Positions 29,465 to 39,015 are shown, counted from the first letter of the stretch. The stretch: DNA of 64,000 bases from an uncultured Bacilli bacterium (GCA_934096315.1 CAKOLT010000003.1:3863-67862); one strand, 5' to 3'. Notes: generated by a model from the letters alone, not told the origin. Numbers and translations: made by a program.

Positions 29465-30917
29465 TATCCCTACCTCCTTTAGATATTGTGTCTTTTAATC
29501 CTAGTGTACTCTCTATTTTATGTGCTATATTTAGTACTACATCGTCTTCTTTTGCTCTACCTGTTATATTAATAGAGATAGGCATATTGTTAATGAATCC
29601 AGAAGGAATTGTAATTGAAGGATATCCTCCGAAATTACCAATTATTAAGTGGTTATCTTGTATTAAGTATTCCATAGATAGGTTATCTGTTGATTCATTA
29701 ATTAAAGGGGCTATACCACTTCCATTAGGAAGAATCATACCATCATATGTTTTAAATAATTTATTTATTTTATCCGTAATTAGTCTTCTTATTCTAGTAG
29801 CGTTTAAAAATAATTTTTCTTGGTTTTCTTTTTGGAGGATATAACTTCCTAATACAAATCTTCTTTTAATTAATTCACTAAATCCATTTGTTCTTGTGTT
29901 AAACATTATTTCTTCAAAAGATGATCCTTCTTTTCTATTTCCAAAGCTTATTCCATTTAGATTGGCATTATTGCTGGTAGATTCTGCACATGATATTGCC
30001 ATGTATGCAGGGTATAAGGCTTCTAGAAGGCTTTTATCAATGCTTACTTCTTCGACTTCTATTCCAATACTTTTAACCTTATTAATGACTTCAGTAAATT
30101 TATCTAAGTTTTCTTTTACTATGTTACTTGAATTTTTGTAGAGATTTTTATCACATACTTCTTTTATATAAAATAGTTTTCTTCCTTTAACGTCATTATC
30201 AAGTGTTTGTGCATATTTTTTATTGTCATCGGGAAGAGATGTCATATCTCTTTTATCATGACCTTTAATTACATCAATAACATAGGCACAGTCTTTTACA
30301 TTTCTGGCGAAGACTCCGATATGATCTAGACTAGAGGCAAAAGCAAATAGTCCATATCTAGAAATCCTCCCGTAAGTTGGTTTGAAACCTACTACTGCAC
30401 CATATCCAGCAGGTTTTCTTATAGAGTCTCCGGTATCAGAACCTATACTAAAAGGGACAATACCTAAAGCTACACTTGCACACGATCCGGCACTAGAACC
30501 TCCGATTAATCTATTTTTATCCCATGGATTTCTAACTATTCCGGTGTGACCAGTAGTACCGGTTCCTCCCATGGCAAGTTCGTCTAAAACTGTTTTTCCC
30601 ATTAATTGTGCTCCACTTTGTTGCAGTTTTTTATAAACTGTAGCATCATATATGGGAATATAGTTTTTTAGTATGTTTGAAGATGCAGTAGTTAAAATTC
30701 CTTTAGTAGATATATTGTCTTTTAGAGCATATGGGATACCAGATAGAATACTCGTGTTTTCTTCTTCTTTATAATTATCATCTAGTATGGTGACAAATGA
30801 ATTGTATTCTTCTTGAAATTTTTTAGCTTTTTTTATACTTTCTTCGAATAATTCTTTACTGGTAATATTTCCGTTATCTAAATTATTTCTTATTGTATCT
30901 ATATTCTTATCTGTCAT
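29457..30917 (-). CDS. gatA: Glutamyl-tRNA(Gln) amidotransferase subunit A
   Basis: Amidase signature GGSSAGSCASVALG...GSDTGDSIRKPA; 486 aa. Lies between gatC and gatB. Confidence 0.95.
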   Translation of the reverse strand: MTDKNIDTIRNNLDNGNITSKELFEESIKKAKKFQEEYNSFVTILDDNYKEEENTSILSGIPYALKDNISTKGILTTASSNILKNYIPIYDATVYKKLQQSGAQLMGKTVLDELAMGGTGTTGHTGIVRNPWDKNRLIGGSSAGSCASVALGIVPFSIGSDTGDSIRKPAGYGAVVGFKPTYGRISRYGLFAFASSLDHIGVFARNVKDCAYVIDVIKGHDKRDMTSLPDDNKKYAQTLDNDVKGRKLFYIKEVCDKNLYKNSSNIVKENLDKFTEVINKVKSIGIEVEEVSIDKSLLEALYPAYMAISCAESTSNNANLNGISFGNRKEGSSFEEIMFNTRTNGFSELIKRRFVLGSYILQKENQEKLFLNATRIRRLITDKINKLFKTYDGMILPNGSGIAPLINESTDNLSMEYLIQDNHLIIGNFGGYPSITIPSGFINNMPISINITGRAKEDDVVLNIAHKIESTLGLKDTISKGGRDNV

Positions 30918-31201
30918 TATTCCACCACCTTAGGTACCTTAATCATATCATATTCATAACTTGGAGCATTTACAAGTATATCTTTATTATCTAATTTATC
31001 ACAAACTACATCCTCTCTAAGAGAGCACTTGATAGGAAATGGGTAAAACATAGGCTCTACTTTTGTGATATCTGGAATATTGTTAATTAATTCCATTTGT
31101 TTTAATATTACATCAAACTCTTTACTTAATATTTCGTATTCGTTATCATTCATATCAAATAAAAGTTTGGATGCTAAATTTTTAAGTTCTTTTTTGTCCA
31201 T
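30917..31201 (-). CDS. gatC: Asp/Glu-tRNA amidotransferase subunit C
   Basis: 94 aa with a GatC-like sequence. Its stop is coupled to the gatA start. Confidence 0.9.
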   Translation of the reverse strand: MDKKELKNLASKLLFDMNDNEYEILSKEFDVILKQMELINNIPDITKVEPMFYPFPIKCSLREDVVCDKLDNKDILVNAPSYEYDMIKVPKVVE

Positions 31202-31252
31202 ATAACACCTCTTCTTACTAATTATACACCAAAATATATTTAAAAAGCAACT

Positions 31253-33373
31253 CTAACTATTAAGTTCAAAGAATTTATTAACTACTTGACTACTTATTCT
31301 TTTGGTGACATTGCTTGTATAGCCATCTCCATAGCTAACATCTGGACTGACTACTACTATACTCATTTTGGGATTATCACTTGGGGAGTATCCTACAAAG
31401 GAAGTGGTAATTGTTTCAGTGTCTACTACTTTATCTCCATCTGTATCTATAAAACTTTGACTGGTTCCGGTTTTTCCTGCGGAATTGTTGTAATATCCCA
31501 TATAACCGTATCCTAATCCCTGCATTACTACGTCATTGAAGCCTTCTTTTACCCTGTTTATATATTTGTCTTCTACATCTACATGTCCTAAAATAGTTGT
31601 TTCAGCAGTATAGATTTTATCTCCAAACTTTTCACCATTACTAGATGGTTTATATACCTCCTTAAGTAAATGGGGTTTTATTCTAATACCTGAGTTTGCC
31701 ATAGTGTTAATATATTGTGATAGTTGGATTGGGGTATATGTATCATACTGTCCAATTGAAAAGTCTAATAGGTGTCCTGGAAGAGTACTACTACCACGGT
31801 ATCCTAATGATTCTACAGGGAGATCTATTTCAGTTTTAATTCCTAGTCCAAATGATTCATACATATTTCTATATTTATTAAATGCGTCTTCATCTATTTT
31901 AAGGGCTTCATTATATCTATAATTGGCTCCTCCTACTCTCATGGCTATTTGATATTGATATGAGTTAGAAGAATTTTGAAGGGCATAAATGTCATTAATA
32001 CTACCCATATTTGTCCAAGAGCATTTTGCAGGAGTATCCTTAATTTTTATACATTCATCATATAAAACTGTACCAATATCAATTGCTCCATATTTATAGC
32101 CTACTAGCATAGAGGCTCCTTTAACGACACTACCGGGAGTGACTGGAAGGGTTACGACTCCAGGGGTATAATCTACTACTTCTAAACTGCCATCGTCTTT
32201 TGTTCTTACCTGTTTTCCTGCCATTGCTAGGATTTCTCCGGTTGATGGTTCACTAATTACTGCGAAAGAACGATTATAGTACATAGTATTTGCTTCCCAT
32301 TTTGTATTAAGTACTTCTGTTTTAAGTACTTCTTCTAGATAACTTTGGAGATTTATATCTATTGTTAATACTATGTCATTTCCTCTTTTTCCTTCTTTTG
32401 ATAATTCATAACTATTATCTCTATTTACTTTATATATGGCTTTTTCTCCTTTGAGATAGTCTTCGTATTGTTGTTCTAAATAACTTATACCTACTCTATC
32501 ATCCATGCTATAGCCTTTTTTTAGATAGTAGTCGGTAAGTTCTTTGGGAATACCTTGGCTATTTGATGAAACACTTCCTAATATTGATTTAAAGACGTCA
32601 TTACATAGATATACTCTTTCCCAATCTAGTTTTGTGTTAAAGCCTTTTAGGGCATCTATATTTTCTGATATATAAGCATATTCTTCTTCTGTTACATCTT
32701 TATTTTTTATTATTTTTTCTTCATAAGAATAGCCTTTATTCATTAAATAGTAGATATAAGCAACTTTTTTATCATTTTCTGAATATATACTTAAATCTTC
32801 ATCAGTTATTCTTTCAAATATTAATTCTTTTATTTTGGCATCTGATAGTTTTCTGGTTTTATTTAGTTCCCATTCTTCATCTGTTATTTTTTCTTTAGCG
32901 GCTTCTAGATTATTTAAATACCAGTAATTTTTAAAATTATATGTAGAGAGTTTGCTGTAATCTACATCAATTATAGCTCCGATTGTGAGAGCTAGTTCCA
33001 TTTCTTGTTTAATTGTTACATTATTCATTTTCTTATAATAAATGGTTTTAACAGCTTTGTTGTCTACGAGTAAATTATAGTTGCGATCATATATTCTTCC
33101 TCGCGGAGCACTAGTGGATGTTACAGTTCTTTCTGTGGCACTTACTAGTTTTTCACTATATTTTTCGTTTTCAAATACTTGTAAATAGAATAATCTACAT
33201 ATAATTAAGACAAATAAAATTATTATTAATATTATTATTGTATTATATCTTTTTTCTATTATTTCATTAAGATTTCTGTTACTTGCAAGTTTGTTACCAT
33301 TAAATCCTTTATAGTTTTTTTTCTTTCTTACATTTTTTACTTTTCTAACTTTGTTTATGTATTTCTTTGCCAT
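31253..33373 (-). CDS. Class B penicillin-binding protein (PBP2-type transpeptidase)
   Basis: N-terminal membrane anchor, SxxK (SVVK), SxN (SNS) and KTG (KTGTSQ). The start at 33373 follows GAGGTG; the track start at 33385 is less likely. Confidence 0.9.
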   Translation of the reverse strand: MAKKYINKVRKVKNVRKKKNYKGFNGNKLASNRNLNEIIEKRYNTIIILIIILFVLIICRLFYLQVFENEKYSEKLVSATERTVTSTSAPRGRIYDRNYNLLVDNKAVKTIYYKKMNNVTIKQEMELALTIGAIIDVDYSKLSTYNFKNYWYLNNLEAAKEKITDEEWELNKTRKLSDAKIKELIFERITDEDLSIYSENDKKVAYIYYLMNKGYSYEEKIIKNKDVTEEEYAYISENIDALKGFNTKLDWERVYLCNDVFKSILGSVSSNSQGIPKELTDYYLKKGYSMDDRVGISYLEQQYEDYLKGEKAIYKVNRDNSYELSKEGKRGNDIVLTIDINLQSYLEEVLKTEVLNTKWEANTMYYNRSFAVISEPSTGEILAMAGKQVRTKDDGSLEVVDYTPGVVTLPVTPGSVVKGASMLVGYKYGAIDIGTVLYDECIKIKDTPAKCSWTNMGSINDIYALQNSSNSYQYQIAMRVGGANYRYNEALKIDEDAFNKYRNMYESFGLGIKTEIDLPVESLGYRGSSTLPGHLLDFSIGQYDTYTPIQLSQYINTMANSGIRIKPHLLKEVYKPSSNGEKFGDKIYTAETTILGHVDVEDKYINRVKEGFNDVVMQGLGYGYMGYYNNSAGKTGTSQSFIDTDGDKVVDTETITTSFVGYSPSDNPKMSIVVVSPDVSYGDGYTSNVTKRISSQVVNKFFELNS

Positions 33374-33430
33374 AGTGCACCTCATCTAATATTATTATAT
33401 CATAATTAATATATTTTATCATATATTTTA

Positions 33431-33697
33431 GTGGTGATAATAGTGAATATTTATTTACTTAAGGAGTATATTAATAGACTTAGGAGAGAAGAAGTTGTTA
33501 ATTTTGCTTTAAAACAGGGTATAACTCTTGAAGATAATGAGGTAGATGTTATATATAATCATATTAAAAAAGATTATAAGACTTTTATATATGATAATCC
33601 CAGAGTGATACTGGATGAGATAAAAAAAGAGGTTAAACCTCTCACTTATTCAAAAATTGAAACATTATACGAGCAATTTAAACATTATTTACCTTAG
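33431..33697 (+). CDS. DUF2624 (YqfT-like) small protein
   Basis: The pattern ...EEVVNFALKQGITLEDNEVDVIYNHIKK...TYSKIETLYEQF resembles B. subtilis YqfT. The start codon is uncertain (GTG cluster, weak RBS). Confidence 0.45.
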   Translation: MVIIVNIYLLKEYINRLRREEVVNFALKQGITLEDNEVDVIYNHIKKDYKTFIYDNPRVILDEIKKEVKPLTYSKIETLYEQFKHYLP

Positions 33698-34126
33698 TTT
33701 GTATTTTTTATTCATTTCTCTTTCTACATCTCTTTGTTTAATTGTCTCTCTCTTATCATAAGTTTTTTTCCCTTTACAAAGTCCAAGAGATATCTTGGCT
33801 TTATTTTTTTGGAAATAAACTTTTAAGGGAATTAGAGTATAGCCTTCAAGAGTGATTAAATTATTTAATTTATTAATTTCTTTTTTATGCATAAGTAGTT
33901 TTCTTGTTCTGGTTTCTTCATGGTTAAATCTATTTCCCTCTTTGTATGCAGATATGTGCATATTAATTAAGTATAATTCTCCATTTCTAATAATTGCATA
34001 ACTATCTTTAATATTTGCTTTGCCTTCTCTAATTGATTTTACTTCTGTTCCTGTTAGAACAATTCCTACTTCATAAACGTCTGAAATAGTATAATCAAAG
34101 TTTGCTTTTCTGTTTAGAATTTCCAT
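33689..34126 (-). CDS. smpB: SsrA-binding protein SmpB
   Basis: NRKANFDYTISDVYEVGIVLTGTEVKSIREGKANIKDSYA...LLMHKKEINKL...KGKKTYDKRE. Confidence 0.95.
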   Translation of the reverse strand: MEILNRKANFDYTISDVYEVGIVLTGTEVKSIREGKANIKDSYAIIRNGELYLINMHISAYKEGNRFNHEETRTRKLLMHKKEINKLNNLITLEGYTLIPLKVYFQKNKAKISLGLCKGKKTYDKRETIKQRDVEREMNKKYKLR

Positions 34127-34141
34127 AATGCACCTCTCTAT

Positions 34142-35443
34142 CTATGCAGGATCTTTTACAATAATGCTATCATCTAAGTTAGTTACTACCTTTTTGTAGT
34201 GGTTAAATACTTCCTTATAATTAGGTAAGTATTTTGAAATATCTGGGTTACTAAATGGTACAACTTTGAAATTATTGTAATTATACCCATTATGATAAGT
34301 GAAAATTAACTGATTTTCTGTGCTTTCTACTTTTAAACTAGAACCGTTTTTATCTACTGTTTTAGTAATTTTTGCACTGCCTAATAGCCCAACCATTTTA
34401 TTATAATAATCACTAATTTCTTGGGCTGATATAAAGTTTCCTAGTGAATAGTATACAAGGGTATCATTAATATAGGTAACTGGCATAATTACATGGGGAT
34501 GAGCTCCGATTATTATGTCTACTCCGAGAGATGATAAGTAATTTGCCATGTCTTTTTGATATTCTGTTGGTACATGGGTATATTCAACTCCCCAGTGCAT
34601 GGCTACTATTAATAAGTCTACTTTATCTCTTACTTTTTCTATATCTTCTTTTACTGTTTCTTTATATGCTTGATACTTTTTATCATATTCTGGATTTGAT
34701 ACATTGTCAATGTCAGTTGGCCAAACATTAACTAAATATTCTTTACCTGTGGGAACACTTATACCATTTGTACCATAGGTATAACTAAGCATTGTATAAG
34801 TTATATTATTTTTCTTCATTATTTTTACTTTGTTTCTTTCTTCATTACTTGTGTAACTTCCTGCATAAAGAACATCATTTGTGTTAGACCAATAATTACA
34901 AGAGTTTTCTATACTTTTTCCGTTAGTGGAATAATATCTATCCATGGTATGGTTTGATGCTAAACTTACAAGGTTAAATCCTGCATCAATCATTGCGTCT
35001 CCAGCTTCATATGGGGATAGAAATTGAGGATAACTTGATAAGCCTAATTCTGCTCCCCCGAGAATGGTTTCTTGGTTATAATAAGCAAGGTCATAATTAC
35101 TTACAATATCTTTAATATAACTAACCATTGGTTTAAAATCATATCCATTATTTCCAGCATTTTTTCTAGCTTCATTGTATACTCCATTATGAATTAGATG
35201 GTCTCCGACCATGGCAAGGGTTAGTTCATATACTTTAGTTTTATCTTTTTTAGGGTTATTTTTAGTTTCTGCTATTTTGTCATCGGGTTTACTATTTTTA
35301 GAATCGTCATTAGTAATTAAACTGATTCCATATATAATACCAATTACAAGGAAAGAAATAATTAATAAGAATATAATTAAATTTCCTACTTTTAATTTTT
35401 TCTTTACGTTTTTCTTGGTTTTTTTCTTTTTGTTATTTCTCAT
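34142..35443 (-). CDS. CapA/PgsA-family metallophosphoesterase-like membrane-anchored protein
   Basis: A K-rich N-terminus and one TM segment are followed by LAMVGDHLIH...SLASNHTMD...AMHWGVEY...IIGAHPHVIMP (CapA family). The start overlaps the rnr stop by 11 nt. Confidence 0.8.
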   Translation of the reverse strand: MRNNKKKKTKKNVKKKLKVGNLIIFLLIISFLVIGIIYGISLITNDDSKNSKPDDKIAETKNNPKKDKTKVYELTLAMVGDHLIHNGVYNEARKNAGNNGYDFKPMVSYIKDIVSNYDLAYYNQETILGGAELGLSSYPQFLSPYEAGDAMIDAGFNLVSLASNHTMDRYYSTNGKSIENSCNYWSNTNDVLYAGSYTSNEERNKVKIMKKNNITYTMLSYTYGTNGISVPTGKEYLVNVWPTDIDNVSNPEYDKKYQAYKETVKEDIEKVRDKVDLLIVAMHWGVEYTHVPTEYQKDMANYLSSLGVDIIIGAHPHVIMPVTYINDTLVYYSLGNFISAQEISDYYNKMVGLLGSAKITKTVDKNGSSLKVESTENQLIFTYHNGYNYNNFKVVPFSNPDISKYLPNYKEVFNHYKKVVTNLDDSIIVKDPA

Positions 35444-37538
35444 TTTTTACCTCTCTACCATCATAAATAATAAAATCAATCATACTTGTTTCTTTACTCG
35501 CTTTTATTACTTTTACTTTTAGGGAATCACCATATGAGAATTTATTATTTTTCTTTCTTCCTATTAAGCTCATGGTGTTTTCATCATATATATAATAGTC
35601 TTTAGGAAGGTCTTCGGTTCTTATAAGTCCTTCTACAGTGTTTGCTAATTCTACGAATAGTCCGAATTGAGTTACACCGCTAATTACAGCATTATAAACT
35701 TCCCCAATATGGTCTTCCATGTATTCTGCTTTTTTCATTTTGTCAACATCTCTTTCGCAGTCTATTGAATCCTGCTCCCTTTTACTTGTCATATTTGAAA
35801 TTTCTTCTAGGTTATTCTCCCAATAGGTAATTACTTCTTCGCTATAGTTCTCAGTATAATCCTTGATTAATCTATGTAAAGTTAAATCTGGGTATCTTCT
35901 TATTGGAGATGTAAAATGAGAATATGTTTTACTGCCTAATCCAAAATGTCCAATATTTATATTGCTGTATTTTGCTTTTGCCATGGATCTTATTACCAAA
36001 GTTGTAAAAACGTCTCCGAAATCTTTATTTTTTAATGCAGTTAATAATTTTTGGTAATCATATGGTCGTATTTTTTCACTATTTGCTTTAAAGTTAATTC
36101 CTTTAAGAGCAAGAATACTTCTCAAAACGTTAAGTTTCTCCATTGTAGGTACATCATGTACTCTGTAAATACATGGAAGTTGCATATCCGTAATATAACT
36201 ACTTACTGTTTCATTGGCTACGATCATAAAGTTTTCTATTAGTTTTTCTCCAGTTTTCTGCTCTCTTAATTTTATTTCTACTGGATGGCATTTTTCGTCT
36301 ACGATAATTTTAGCCTCTGGTTTATCAAAGTCTAAATAACCTCGAGAAATCATTTTCTTTCTAAGTATGTTTGATAATTCATTCATAGTTTTTAAGTCTT
36401 CTACAAATGGTTTATAGTCTTCGTGTACAATTCCTTTTTCTAGAATGTCATTTACTTTATTATATGTCATTTGGATATTACTTTTAATTACAGATTTATA
36501 TATTTCTCTATTTACTACATTACCATTTGTATCTATTTCCATTGTACATGATAAAGCAAGTCTATCTACTTTAGGGTTAAGTGAACATATTCCATTTGAT
36601 AATTTATGGGGAAGCATTGGTACTACTCTATCTACTAAATAGACACTTGTACCACGAAAATATGCTTCTTTATCTATTTCACTACCTTTTTTAACATAAT
36701 GGGAAACGTCTGCGATATGGACTCCGAGAATGTAATTGCCGTTTTTTAATTTTTCAATTGAAACAGCGTCATCTATATCTTTTGTATCATCACCATCTAT
36801 AGTAAAAATTACTTTATCTCTTAAATCTTTTCTGCCCTTCATATCCTTTTCGTCTACTTTATCAGGGATGTCTTCTAATTCTTGTAATACTTCTTTAGGG
36901 AAATATGGCCTAAAGTCATATTCATACACAAAAGATAATATATCAACTCCAACATCGTTTTTGTGGCCAATTACTTCAATAATACTTCCTTCGTAGTTAT
37001 TGCTTGGATTTCTTTTTATAACTACTTTTGAGCCTTCAACAACGTTATTAACTTTTCCTCCGGTTATTAATATATTTCCGTATTTTCTGTTATCACATTT
37101 AGCATAACATTTATTATTTTCATAGAATATTTGTCCAATAATTCTTTTTTCATCTTTTCTAATTATTCTAACTACTCTTCCTTCGTTACGGTATAGATTA
37201 GTCATCTCTATTAGAACAATGTCATCATTACCAGCACCGTTAATATTACTCTCACTAATATATACGTCATTGTTTCTTCCTTCTACTGTTACAAAGCCAT
37301 AACCTTTAGGATTGATAATCATATGTCCTTGTAAAAAGTGTGTATTTTCTAACAATATATATTTTTTCTTTTTTTCACTATAGTAAACTAACCCTTCTTT
37401 TATAAGATCTGTTAAACATTTTTGAAGTGATTCTAACTCACTAATTTCTGTAAGTCCAAGTTTATCATTAATTTCTATTAAAGTTAAGCTTGGGTTATTT
37501 TTATCATTTAATACTTGTAAAATTTTTTCTTTCATCAC
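35433..37538 (-). CDS. rnr: Ribonuclease R
   Basis: Cold-shock/OB N-terminal domains, RNB domain (FTIDGDDTKDIDDAVS...HFGLGSKTYSHFTSPIRRYPDL) and C-terminal S1 domain; 701 aa. Confidence 0.95.
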   Translation of the reverse strand: MMKEKILQVLNDKNNPSLTLIEINDKLGLTEISELESLQKCLTDLIKEGLVYYSEKKKKYILLENTHFLQGHMIINPKGYGFVTVEGRNNDVYISESNINGAGNDDIVLIEMTNLYRNEGRVVRIIRKDEKRIIGQIFYENNKCYAKCDNRKYGNILITGGKVNNVVEGSKVVIKRNPSNNYEGSIIEVIGHKNDVGVDILSFVYEYDFRPYFPKEVLQELEDIPDKVDEKDMKGRKDLRDKVIFTIDGDDTKDIDDAVSIEKLKNGNYILGVHIADVSHYVKKGSEIDKEAYFRGTSVYLVDRVVPMLPHKLSNGICSLNPKVDRLALSCTMEIDTNGNVVNREIYKSVIKSNIQMTYNKVNDILEKGIVHEDYKPFVEDLKTMNELSNILRKKMISRGYLDFDKPEAKIIVDEKCHPVEIKLREQKTGEKLIENFMIVANETVSSYITDMQLPCIYRVHDVPTMEKLNVLRSILALKGINFKANSEKIRPYDYQKLLTALKNKDFGDVFTTLVIRSMAKAKYSNINIGHFGLGSKTYSHFTSPIRRYPDLTLHRLIKDYTENYSEEVITYWENNLEEISNMTSKREQDSIDCERDVDKMKKAEYMEDHIGEVYNAVISGVTQFGLFVELANTVEGLIRTEDLPKDYYIYDENTMSLIGRKKNNKFSYGDSLKVKVIKASKETSMIDFIIYDGREVKNEK

Positions 37539-37577
37539 ATTAGCAACTCCTATCTAAAAAGGCTTAATTAATAAGCC

Positions 37578-37793
37578 TTACATAAATGAAATAAACATAC
37601 ATAGGACAAAGAATAAAAGTCCTAATATAAATGTAGCTCTACTAATAAATAGTTCTGCTCCTCTTTCTTTACGATTAGAAAATAATTCTGAATCGCTAGT
37701 TGTCTCTATTATACTAGCAGATGCAGCTTTACCACTTTGAAGTAAAACTATTGCTATTAATAAAATTGATATAATTACTACTATTGTTTCCAT
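37578..37793 (-). CDS. secG: Preprotein translocase subunit SecG
   Basis: METIVVIISILLIAIVLLQSGKA... is SecG-like. The ATG at 37793 has AGGAGG 8 nt upstream; the track's GTG at 37823 is less likely. Confidence 0.85.
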   Translation of the reverse strand: METIVVIISILLIAIVLLQSGKAASASIIETTSDSELFSNRKERGAELFISRATFILGLLFFVLCMFISFM

Positions 37794-38009
37794 ATTCTCT
37801 TCCTCCTGAAAATATTTTAACACATCTTGACTTTATAATCAATAGTCTATAGAACAAAAGTTTTTAAAAATTTAATATATGTCCTAATCTTTCACGTATT
37901 TTTCATTTGTTTAATACTTCTTTTTCACATCGATGATTTATTATTTACTTGTAGGGCGGTTTTGGGCTATTGTATAACCAGCAATTACTACGCTTCTACA
38001 CAATAATAT

Positions 38010-38095
38010 GGACAGTTTAGTTAACCATTTACCCCTAAACATAATAAAAGTTATATTGTATTCCCTACTCCTTTAATACATATGCTAAACTGTCC
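38010..38095. repeat. 11-bp perfect inverted repeat flanking a 64-bp spacer
   Basis: GGACAGTTTAG (38010..38020) pairs with CTAAACTGTCC (38085..38095), inside a gene-free island. Confidence 0.6.
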
Positions 38096-38140
38096 TAACT
38101 TATTTTTCCATTTCTTTTACATTTGAGGCATTTAAATTTA

Positions 38141-38503
38141 GTGCTTAGATGTTTTTAATACTTTATTTACTATTTCTTGATATAAATGGTAATTTTTCAT
38201 ATCTGTGTAATTAACACAATGATTAGAGATATAATAAAAAATAGCATATAAGTATTTTTCGTTTCTGTATCTTTTATAATCTGTGTAGCCATCTTTGTTA
38301 ACGTCTCAGTTTATAAAAGTATTACAATTGATTTTAAGAACTATATCACATATTAGCTTATCATCCTTTAGGAATTCTTTAATTAACTCTGAGTTGTGTA
38401 TTTCTACAGTGTAATTATAATCAAAATCTATCCCTAAAAGAACACATAAAATATTAGCTAAAATCTTAGGTTCCTCATGATAGCGAGTAAAAATAAATAA
38501 GTA
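38141..38503 (-). pseudogene. Decayed fragment of a PD-(D/E)XK (Rpn/YhgA-like, PDDEXK_2) nuclease/putative transposase gene
   Basis: My own translation is ..EEPKILANILCVLLGIDFDYNYTVEIHNSELIKEFLKDDKLICDIVLKINCNTFIN*DVNKDGYTDYKRYRNEKYLYAIFYYISNH.. This follows the family pattern (xILxxFLNAILG ... RLDI ... INIEIQ ... RxLYYxS). It has no start codon, and an in-frame TGA (38308..38306) sits where the catalytic E-x-Q/K is expected. The C-terminus is truncated. Confidence 0.4.
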
Positions 38504-38614
38504 TTAGAAAATGAAAGATTAATGGAATATATTGCCTATTGTTATATTAGTTATTCTAAATGTAGGGATTTTATATAGAAAAAGAATAATTAAGTTAGGC
38601 AATAAAGTTAGTAT

Positions 38615-38636
38615 ACGGAACTTTGTTCCGTTTTTA
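38615..38636 (+). terminator. Orphan plus-strand intrinsic terminator
   Basis: ACGGAAC-TTT-GTTCCGT followed by TTTTAAAT on the plus strand. The minus-strand reading has no T-run. No plus-strand gene lies upstream. Confidence 0.4.
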
Positions 38637-38685
38637 AATACATAAATTTAATACTGGTTTTAGTTTTGGACTCCAGAATGGATAC

Positions 38686-38735
38686 GAAAAAAGACCACTG
38701 TTAAGCAGTAGTCTGGAAGAATAGTATCCTATTCT
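38686..38735 (-). terminator. Tandem hairpins / intrinsic terminator after the SASP gene
   Basis: On the minus strand, AGAATAG-GATA-CTATTCT is followed by AGACTACTG-CTTAA-CAGTGGTCT and TTTTTTCG. The second stem has one G-U pair on the minus strand, which would be a C-A mismatch on the plus strand. Confidence 0.6.
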
Positions 38736-38741
38736 AAAAAT

Positions 38742-38942
38742 TTATTTGTTAGATCCACTAATTTGATTTTGTCCTAAACGCACTAATCTTTTAGTTATTT
38801 CTCCACCAACTGAACCATTAGCTCTGCTAGTAGCATCTGGACCAAGATTTACACCAAATTCGTTAGCTATTTCATATTTCATTCTTTCGATAGCTTGCTT
38901 TGCACCAGGAACTGTTAATTTACTATTATTTGTGTTATTCAT
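38742..38942 (-). CDS. Small acid-soluble spore protein, alpha/beta type
   Basis: [46 protein letters not shown] is the canonical alpha/beta SASP sequence, including both conserved blocks. Confidence 0.95.
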   Translation of the reverse strand: MNNTNNSKLTVPGAKQAIERMKYEIANEFGVNLGPDATSRANGSVGGEITKRLVRLGQNQISGSNK

Positions 38943-38963
38943 TTAACTCACCTCCTACAAACA

Positions 38964-38992
38964 TAGGATGTGTTTTTTATTAATTTTCATAC
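38964..38992 (-). promoter_or_regulatory. Forespore (sigma-G/F-like) promoter candidate for the SASP gene
   Basis: The minus strand reads GTATG (38992..38988), 17 nt, CATCCTA (38970..38964). This fits the GnATR-N17/18-CATnnTA pattern of sigma-G promoters and lies about 8 nt upstream of the GGAGGTG SD. Confidence 0.5.
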
Positions 38993-39015
38993 TATATTTG
39001 TAGTGGTAATTTTTG

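Noticed and set aside
33386-33700. I looked for the tmRNA gene (ssrA) expected just downstream of smpB.
   Set aside because: The interval is filled by a convergent protein-coding ORF. It contains no GGGG-type 5' end, no T-arm GGTTCGA motif and no tRNA-like acceptor. No tmRNA can be supported in this window.
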